From Bacteroidota bacterium (GTDB taxonomy: Bacteria > Bacteroidota > Bacteroidia > NS11-12g > UBA955), in the NCBI GenBank assembly GCA_005798825.1, contig SYIL01000004.1, forward strand, positions 37,769 to 101,768: 64,000 nucleotides of DNA, read 5' to 3'. The notes below the pieces were generated by a model. The model made no database searches. It was not told where the DNA came from and saw nothing but the letters and a program-made list of their open reading frames with translations. Both the position numbers and the translations under genes were made by a program. Below are positions 56,955 through 64,000 of this stretch, piece after piece. How positions within the stretch are numbered: the stretch's first letter is position 1; the number at the start of each line of letters is the position of its first letter.

Positions 56955-59900
56955 ATGAAAAACTTCCTATTGTTAATTCTTTTGTTGGCAAGTAATGTGG
57001 CCGAAATATTTGCCCAAGCGATATTGGTCGAAAAGGTTGTATCCGAACCCGGGAAATTGACCATACCTTACGAAAAATATCAATTCCCCAATGGCTTAAC
57101 CCTCATTGTGTGTGAGGACCACAGTGATCCCGTAGTGAATATTAATGTAACCTACCATGTGGGTTCGGCCCGCGAAACGCGGGGTAAATCTGGTTTTGCA
57201 CATTTTTTCGAACATATGTTATTTCAAGGTTCTAAACATGTTGCAGACGAAGAGCATTTTAAGATTATTAAGAATTATGGTGGTGACGTAAATGGGAATA
57301 CTACCCGTGACCGCACAGTATATGTCGAAACATTCCCCAGCAATTTTACAGAAACTGCTTTGTGGATGGAGGCTGATCGAATGGGTTGTTTTCTAGAAGC
57401 CTTTTCCAATAAAAAATTCGAAATTCAACGCAGTACAGTCAAAAATGAAAAAGACGAACGGTATGATTCACCCTACGGATTTTTGATGGAGGTAAAGGAC
57501 CAAGAATTATACCCAAAAGAGCATCCATATAGTTGGTCAACCATTGGTTTTGTTGATGATCTAGATCGGGCAGACAGCAACGACCTAAAGAATTTTTTCT
57601 TGCGCTGGTATTCACCAAACAATGCATGTGTGATTGTGTGTGGCGATTTAAATACCAACGAAGTTGTGGCATGGGTTGACAAATATTTCTCCGGAATTCA
57701 ACGTGGCCCTGAGGTAAAAAAACAATCCTTGCGCAAGGTGGAGTTAAAAGAAAATAAAGTCATTTCATATTCTGATGCAAACGCATATACCCCTTTGATT
57801 TACACTACTTATGTAGGTGTTCCTGTAGGTCATCCCGACGAAGCCGCATTGGATGTATTAACGTATTTGATGGGAGGAACCCGAAATTCTCCTATGTACA
57901 AAAAATTCATAGATGCCGATTGGGCGTTGGGCGCAAGTGCGGGCAACAACCCCATGAGCTCCATCAATCATGAATTGGCTGGAGAAATATCCTTTATTGT
58001 ATCAGGATACCCATATTCAGACATCCCTCTTTTACAAAAAATGTTAAAAAGTGCCATAGATTCTTTTGGCATTGTGGGATTCTCAGACGATGACCTCGAA
58101 AGGGCCAAAACCAACATATTGAGCAACTATTCAGATGGTCTTGAGGATGGTAGCACCAAAGCGAATTACCTGAGTTCTTTTTGGTATTTAGACTCAAAAA
58201 ATGCTGATGGTAGGAGTTTTAACCTGGATGATGATGCAAATCGATACAGAAACCTGTCCAAATCAGACATTGTTCGTGTTTATGAAAAGTATTTGACCAA
58301 TAAATTCTCGTCAACAGTAATTATAACCCCTGCACAGATTGTCGAAGGCGAAGAAAAACCAAAGTATCAGAGTGTAAATCCCAATGCAGGTTATACCAGC
58401 AAAATTGCTGAAGTAGAATACAATGGATTGGTTGGCAGACCCACAAAAGATAATTTTGACCGCAATTTGAGGCCAAAAACCAAAGAAATCACTTCAGTGC
58501 AATCTCCCAAAGTCGACAAGAGAATCCTTGAAAACGGCTTAGAAATTTGGTCGACCTATTTTGATGAAACACCTCGTGTAATTGTTCAAATGAATATGGA
58601 AGGGGGAAGACTATTAGAAGATGGAAAAGATTTTCCAGCAGGAACAGCAGAATTAATGGCTGAGATGATGAATTATGGAACTGCTGTCCGTGGTTCTGAA
58701 GAAATGGAAAAGGAACTTGAGAAATTGGGCTTGTCCATAAATTTTAGTGCTGGAAAAACAGGGCTCAATGTATCTGTCACGTGTCAAAAGGATAAATTAG
58801 ACGCTTCTCTCGCATGGTTAGAAGAATGTATGTTCAAACCCCGTTGGGATGAGGCAGAATTTAAAAAAGTCAAAAAACGCTCTAAAGAGGGGTCCAAGAG
58901 TAGTCTCACAAACCGGCGTGTAGGGGCAAGCAATGCTTGGGCTAGAATAATGAATGGAGACAATGTCATGGGAACACCATTGTTGTCTGATGATTATGAT
59001 AAAGTAAGTATTGAAAATTGCAAAGCATATTACAATGCCAATTTCGTTCCCAACGCAACAAAAATGGTAGTGGTTGGACCCCTAACCGCAGAAGAAATTT
59101 ACAGTAAATTTTCGTTTCTTACCCGTTGGCAAAGAAAAAATATTGTGTTGCTGATGCCTTCCATTCCTACGAAAATTGTTACGCCTCAAATTTTTGGTGT
59201 AAAGTATAACGATGCAGAACAGAGTGATATTTATGTGGGGTTTAAATCTCAAGCTTATGATTTTGCAGGTAAGTTTTTTCAAAGTAATATCATGAATTTT
59301 GCATTGGCTGGTAATTTCAATTCTAGACTAAATCTAAAAATTCGAGAAGACAAAGCCTGGACTTATGGAATCCGTGGAGGTTTTTCTCCTGCATTCAAAG
59401 ATTTGCCTGGCAATTATACCATCAGCGCAGGGATAAAATCTGGGGCTACCGACAGTGCCATTGTTGAGATCGTTGATGAACTCGTTCGATACAAAAATGT
59501 GGGTATTACAGACGAAGAATTTAATTTCACAAAATCAGCATTGATTGCCAGTGAATCATTGGAATACGAATCTATCGGACAAAAAGCAGGTTATATCCAA
59601 CAAATGGCCAACCGCGACCTACCCATTGATTTTGCCGATCAACAATTAAAAGTATTGCAAAACATTACGCGAGACCAAATTAATGTCTTGGCTAAAACAC
59701 AATTCAGTCTTGATAATTTGGTGGTAGTAGTAGCTGGAGATTTAATTGAACTTCAACCCAAGCTTGAAGCTCTGGGGATGGGAAAAGTTCAGATGTTAGA
59801 ACCCAATGGCAAGGGAAAAATAAAATATTTGAAGGCAGGAGAAACAAAATTGCCCCGTAAAAAGTTGGATTATATTCCCCCCGCAGATTTGCGCAAATAA
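56955..59900 (+). CDS. M16 (pitrilysin/insulinase-family) zinc peptidase, exported
   Basis: Signal peptide, GFAHFFEHMLFQGS (HxxEH), NGNT..DRT and SRLNLKIREDKAWTY. Confidence 0.93.
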   Translation: MKNFLLLILLLASNVAEIFAQAILVEKVVSEPGKLTIPYEKYQFPNGLTLIVCEDHSDPVVNINVTYHVGSARETRGKSGFAHFFEHMLFQGSKHVADEEHFKIIKNYGGDVNGNTTRDRTVYVETFPSNFTETALWMEADRMGCFLEAFSNKKFEIQRSTVKNEKDERYDSPYGFLMEVKDQELYPKEHPYSWSTIGFVDDLDRADSNDLKNFFLRWYSPNNACVIVCGDLNTNEVVAWVDKYFSGIQRGPEVKKQSLRKVELKENKVISYSDANAYTPLIYTTYVGVPVGHPDEAALDVLTYLMGGTRNSPMYKKFIDADWALGASAGNNPMSSINHELAGEISFIVSGYPYSDIPLLQKMLKSAIDSFGIVGFSDDDLERAKTNILSNYSDGLEDGSTKANYLSSFWYLDSKNADGRSFNLDDDANRYRNLSKSDIVRVYEKYLTNKFSSTVIITPAQIVEGEEKPKYQSVNPNAGYTSKIAEVEYNGLVGRPTKDNFDRNLRPKTKEITSVQSPKVDKRILENGLEIWSTYFDETPRVIVQMNMEGGRLLEDGKDFPAGTAELMAEMMNYGTAVRGSEEMEKELEKLGLSINFSAGKTGLNVSVTCQKDKLDASLAWLEECMFKPRWDEAEFKKVKKRSKEGSKSSLTNRRVGASNAWARIMNGDNVMGTPLLSDDYDKVSIENCKAYYNANFVPNATKMVVVGPLTAEEIYSKFSFLTRWQRKNIVLLMPSIPTKIVTPQIFGVKYNDAEQSDIYVGFKSQAYDFAGKFFQSNIMNFALAGNFNSRLNLKIREDKAWTYGIRGGFSPAFKDLPGNYTISAGIKSGATDSAIVEIVDELVRYKNVGITDEEFNFTKSALIASESLEYESIGQKAGYIQQMANRDLPIDFADQQLKVLQNITRDQINVLAKTQFSLDNLVVVVAGDLIELQPKLEALGMGKVQMLEPNGKGKIKYLKAGETKLPRKKLDYIPPADLRK

Positions 59901-59921
59901 GCATTTTGAATGTACTGGTGG

Positions 59922-59954
59922 AACAAAACACAGGTCATTGGCCTTTGTTTTGTT
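59922..59954 (+). terminator. Possible terminator hairpin after the M16 peptidase
   Basis: AACAAAACACAGGTCA-t-TGGCCTTTGTTTTGTT, an imperfect stem with T-rich 3' arm. Confidence 0.45.
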
Positions 59955-60061
59955 GTGGGCAAAGAAATAGCCGTTTAAATGTATAAAATATGTGGGCAAT
60001 ATCCCCACAGAAAAGACCTGTTTTTAGCGATTTTAGTCGTAAATTGCTTGCATAACCATAC

Positions 60062-62731
60062 ATGGAAGAACTAGACGAAAATACCGAGAGAATTATATCC
60101 ATCAACATTGAGGATGAAATGAAAACTGCTTATATCGATTATTCGATGTCTGTTATTGTTTCCAGGGCATTGCCCGATGTAAGAGATGGACTTAAGCCCG
60201 TTCACAGAAGGGTTTTGTTCGGGATGAATGATTTGGGTTTGGCCTCGAATAGAGCCCACAAGAAATCAGCCCGTATTGTTGGTGAGGTTCTCGGCAAATA
60301 CCATCCCCATGGCGATAGTAGTGTTTACGACACAATGGTTCGAATGGCACAGAGTTGGAGTTTGCGCTATCCCTTTGTAGATGGGCAAGGCAACTTTGGG
60401 TCAGTAGATGGTGATCCGCCAGCGGCAATGCGTTATACCGAAGCGCGTTTAAGGAAAATAGCGGAAGAGATGATGGTCGATCTCGACAAGAATACAGTTG
60501 ATTTTAAACCCAATTTTGACGAAAGTCTTGAAGAACCTTCGGTAATGCCCGCCAAAATTCCCAACTTATTGGTTAATGGTGCGAGTGGCATTGCGGTAGG
60601 GATGGCCACCAATATGGCTCCACACAACCTCACAGAAGTATGCGAGGGGATTATTGCTTACATAGAAAATAAAGAAATTACGGTTGAAGATTTAATGGCC
60701 TATGTCAAGGCCCCTGATTTCCCTACTGGTGGATCAATTTATGGTATCGAGGGCATCAAAGATGCTTTTGAAACTGGTAGAGGTAGGATTGTGATGCGAG
60801 GCAAAGCAGAAGTGGAGTTGTCTAGTACCGGTAAAGAGATGATTGTCGTTACGGAAGTTCCATATCAGGTAACACCTTCTCAAATCATTATTAAAACAGT
60901 TGATCTTATTAACGAAAAGCTGATTGATGGTATTTCAGCAGTTCGCGACGAAAGTGGGCGCCAGGGAATGCGAATTGTGTTTGATATAAAGCGAGATGCA
61001 ATTCCGAATATTGTATTGAATCAATTGTATAAATACACCCCTTTACAAAGCAGTTTTTCTGTCAACAATATCGCCTTGGTGAATGGACGTCCAGTAATGT
61101 TGAACTTAAAAGACATGATTCGCCATTTTGTAAATCATCGCCACGAGATTGTTCAACGTAGAACCCAGTTTTTATTAGACGAAGCCCGCAAACGCATCCA
61201 TATTTTAGAGGGTCTTATTATTGCCCTTGATAACCTTGATGCTGTTATTCAACTCATTCGAAAAAGCCGAACACCCGAAGATGCTCGCCTGGGTTTAATG
61301 GGACAATTTGGTTTATCGGATATCCAATCAAAAGCCATATTGGAAATGCGTTTACAGCGTTTGACCGGTCTGGAAATTGATAAAATTCGGGAAGAGTACA
61401 ATAACATCGTAACTGAAATTCAGTACTATGAATCTGTTTTGGCAAGTGAAGAATTGCGAATGGGTATTATCAAGCAAGAAATTGCTGAAGTCAAAGACAA
61501 ATACGGTGATGATCGCAGAACGACGATTGAGTTCGGTGCCGGGGAATTTAATATAGAAGATTTAATACCCAACGAAGAGGTTGTGATTACAATTTCTCAT
61601 ATGGGATATATCAAACGAACCTTATTGAATGAATACAAAGAGCAAAACCGGGGAGGGAAAGGGTTACGCGGTGTTGCCCATAGGGATGCAGATTTTGTTG
61701 AACACCTATTTATCGCCAGTACCCACAATTATTTATTGTTGTTTACGGAGCAGGGCAGGTGTTTTTGGCTAAAGGTATATGAAATACCAGAAGGTCAAAA
61801 AGCCACGAAGGGTCGTCCCATACAAAATTTAATCAGTATACCCAATGACGATAAGGTTAAAGCCTATCTAAACGTTATCAATCTCAAGGATGAAGAATAC
61901 CTAAACAATAATTTTATTATTATGGTTACCAAGCGTGGGGTAGTGAAAAAAACATCCTTAGAAGCATACAGTAGGCCCCGAACCAATGGCATTAACGCCA
62001 TCACAGTTCGCGATGGAGATGAGTTGTTACAAGCTTGTTTGACAGACGGAGCCAGTGAGGTTATTATTGCCAAAAGAATGGGAAAAGCCATTAGATTTCC
62101 TGAATCCAAGGTAAGGCCTATGGGCAGAACTGCTGCTGGGGTTAGGGGGGTAACTTTAGAATCAGCCCAAGATGAAGTAATTGGCATGGTTTGTGTTAAT
62201 CCTAATTTGACGGCTACTACTATTTTGGTTTTGAGTCAAAATGGGTATGGCAAGCGTTCAGACCTCCAAGATTATCGCATTACTGGCAGGGGAGGGAAGG
62301 GCGTTAAAACCATCTCAATAACCGAAAAAACTGGAAGTTTGGTAGGCATTTTATTGGTGACAGACGAAGATGGCTTGATGATCATTTGCAAAAGTGGACT
62401 CACGATTCGAATGGCCATTGATAGGTTGAGAATAATGGGCAGGGCAACCCAAGGGGTAAGGCTCATTAATCTCAAAGGAACAGATTCAATTGCAGGTTTG
62501 GCTAAATCGCCCAAGGAAGAAGACGAAGAAGAAGACGAAAGTTTAAGTTTAGCCATCTTGGCTGATGGAGAAATAGATGAACTGGGAATAGACAATGTAG
62601 AAAACACCACAAATTCGAATGGTCAGAACAATGAAACTCGAGAAAAACATGACGAACATAATCAATCAAACGATGCGAGCGATGAAGACGACGACAGTTT
62701 ACCAGTTGAAAATACAGAAGAAGATGAATAA
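60062..62731 (+). CDS. gyrA: DNA gyrase subunit A
   Basis: [34 protein letters not shown] (catalytic Tyr), GyrA-box QNRGGKG, beta-pinwheel repeats and acidic tail. Confidence 0.98.
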   Translation: MEELDENTERIISINIEDEMKTAYIDYSMSVIVSRALPDVRDGLKPVHRRVLFGMNDLGLASNRAHKKSARIVGEVLGKYHPHGDSSVYDTMVRMAQSWSLRYPFVDGQGNFGSVDGDPPAAMRYTEARLRKIAEEMMVDLDKNTVDFKPNFDESLEEPSVMPAKIPNLLVNGASGIAVGMATNMAPHNLTEVCEGIIAYIENKEITVEDLMAYVKAPDFPTGGSIYGIEGIKDAFETGRGRIVMRGKAEVELSSTGKEMIVVTEVPYQVTPSQIIIKTVDLINEKLIDGISAVRDESGRQGMRIVFDIKRDAIPNIVLNQLYKYTPLQSSFSVNNIALVNGRPVMLNLKDMIRHFVNHRHEIVQRRTQFLLDEARKRIHILEGLIIALDNLDAVIQLIRKSRTPEDARLGLMGQFGLSDIQSKAILEMRLQRLTGLEIDKIREEYNNIVTEIQYYESVLASEELRMGIIKQEIAEVKDKYGDDRRTTIEFGAGEFNIEDLIPNEEVVITISHMGYIKRTLLNEYKEQNRGGKGLRGVAHRDADFVEHLFIASTHNYLLLFTEQGRCFWLKVYEIPEGQKATKGRPIQNLISIPNDDKVKAYLNVINLKDEEYLNNNFIIMVTKRGVVKKTSLEAYSRPRTNGINAITVRDGDELLQACLTDGASEVIIAKRMGKAIRFPESKVRPMGRTAAGVRGVTLESAQDEVIGMVCVNPNLTATTILVLSQNGYGKRSDLQDYRITGRGGKGVKTISITEKTGSLVGILLVTDEDGLMIICKSGLTIRMAIDRLRIMGRATQGVRLINLKGTDSIAGLAKSPKEEDEEEDESLSLAILADGEIDELGIDNVENTTNSNGQNNETREKHDEHNQSNDASDEDDDSLPVENTEEDE

Positions 62732-63947
62732 GATACTCAAAACAGGGATTGGCTTTTGCTCAATGGTGTTTTTTTCTCACTGTGTCGCACAAAACAAAGT
62801 CGTTAATTCTGCCGAGTATGCATTAATGTCAAATACCATAGAAAACCTTGTTATAGCCAAAGAGGAAATAGACAAAGCCAAATTGAATCCCAAGACCGCA
62901 GATGCCCCTAAGATGTGGTTGATTCGGGCAACTGTATACAGCAGAATTGCAGCGGCCAAGAACAACGAGTTGCTCAAAGGATTAACTGCGAATGCAGGGT
63001 TGGAGGCTTGCCAGGCCATGAATAAGTTTTATGCCAGCCCAATGAGCAAAAAACAGGAGGAAATAGAAACTGCAATTGGAGAGTCGGGAAATGCTTTTGC
63101 TGCAGGATACAATGAATCTTCCGGCTTGTTTTCAACAAAGAATTATGATTTGCTGTGTGTGTATTATTTAGAATTGTTGAATTTATATGGTCATCTCGAT
63201 ACATCAATGACCAACAATCTCACCAACAATAAAATCACACAAAACAGTATCATTGAAACCTATGCGCAGGCGGCATCGCTTCATAGTGACAAACAAATAA
63301 AGATTTCTATACTTCAAGGCTTGGTTGATAAAGGAATGCTTGTTCCAGCCGTAATAGAAGGTTTGTCTCGTTCGTATTTAACGGTTGGGGATACAATGAA
63401 TGCAGAAAAATGCATACGAAAAGCACTATTATCGACAAATAACGATGGAACTATATTCCAATTGCTGGTAAACTTATATGTTATACTAGAAAAAGAATTC
63501 ATGCTTTTTTCTGACGTCAATAATCAAATTCTAATCGAACCCGATAATAGTCGTTTGTATTATACCCGTGCCTTTTTATATGAAAGCCAAAAAAAATACA
63601 CTGAGGCGCTTGCCGATTATCGCAAATCGGTCGAACTGGACGAATTTAATTATGACGCAAATTTCAATTTAGGCCTTGGCCTTATGAAATACGAGAGTAG
63701 AAATCTCTACGACAAACGATCTGGAGCAACAGGAGCAAAACGAAAATTAATTGACGAAGAATTAAAAATGCTGTTTCAGGATGCCAAAAAATACTTAGAA
63801 CGTGCATTAGACAACACCGATTATCCCATTGTAGACCAAATCAATATTTGCAAAGCACTCAAATCGGCTTGCCTTGAGATAGGAGATACAGAATCAGTTT
63901 CCAAATACACCCAATTAATTAAAGGAATGGAAGAGGAATCAAACTAA
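62724..63947 (+). CDS. Exported TPR-repeat protein
   Basis: Start moved to ATG 62724, overlapping the gyrA stop. Signal peptide ending CVA-Q and TPR motifs ([27 protein letters not shown]). Confidence 0.8.
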   Translation: MNKILKTGIGFCSMVFFSHCVAQNKVVNSAEYALMSNTIENLVIAKEEIDKAKLNPKTADAPKMWLIRATVYSRIAAAKNNELLKGLTANAGLEACQAMNKFYASPMSKKQEEIETAIGESGNAFAAGYNESSGLFSTKNYDLLCVYYLELLNLYGHLDTSMTNNLTNNKITQNSIIETYAQAASLHSDKQIKISILQGLVDKGMLVPAVIEGLSRSYLTVGDTMNAEKCIRKALLSTNNDGTIFQLLVNLYVILEKEFMLFSDVNNQILIEPDNSRLYYTRAFLYESQKKYTEALADYRKSVELDEFNYDANFNLGLGLMKYESRNLYDKRSGATGAKRKLIDEELKMLFQDAKKYLERALDNTDYPIVDQINICKALKSACLEIGDTESVSKYTQLIKGMEEESN

Positions 63948-63968
63948 TATGAATTGCACATAGAAACG

Positions 63969-63996
63969 GCCTGTATTCACCACAGGCTCTTTCTTT
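63969..63996 (+). terminator. Probable intrinsic terminator after gyrA-TPR
   Basis: GCCTGT-attcacc-ACAGGC followed by TCTTTCTTT. Confidence 0.55.
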
Positions 63997-64000
63997 GCGA

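Noticed and set aside
62619-62723. Long overlap of the TPR ORF with gyrA
   Set aside because: Alternative-frame extension through the low-complexity gyrA tail. The signal peptide starts at ATG 62724.
520-63520. Numerous 60-160 aa ORFs nested in or antisense to the major genes
   Set aside because: They lie within well-supported genes and show no motifs or independent expression signals.

Overview
AT-rich, densely packed core-chromosome segment of a Bacteroidota bacterium. The assignment rests on TAnnTTTG -7 promoter boxes upstream of many genes, almost no Shine-Dalgarno sequences, T9SS C-terminal domains and a Flavobacterium-type alternative complex III. Content in order: a truncated GT2, cbs-map-MBL hydrolase, a GT-C/TPR glycosyltransferase, an extended rpsA, a His-rich membrane protein, yhhQ, TPR + lytic transglycosylase, actABCDEF, valS, a vanadium haloperoxidase/PAP2-like lipoprotein, an unannotated 51-aa basic ORF, an FG-GAP/ASPIC-UnbV lipoprotein, mreB-mreC-mreD-mrdA-rodA, an Omp85-like protein, rocD, tRNA-Leu(TAA) abutting a TPR lipoprotein, an S8 protease, a glsA/glsB-like acyltransferase pair, pgm, gcdH, folB, TBDR + DUF4249-like lipoprotein, uvrA, a CxxCH/reeler T9SS protein, an M16 peptidase, gyrA and a TPR gene. 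I saw no mobile elements, CRISPR arrays or rRNA. Best leads: (1) rpsA carries the only clear SD in the window plus a fused HhH domain; (2) the FG-GAP / small basic ORF / haloperoxidase-like cluster with a phased 12-bp direct repeat; (3) a start codon 3 nt after a tRNA 3' end; (4) several apparently leaderless genes; (5) a Fur-box-like site before ACIII; (6) a CxxCH-bearing T9SS cargo. All family calls come from reading motifs by eye; no database searches were run.
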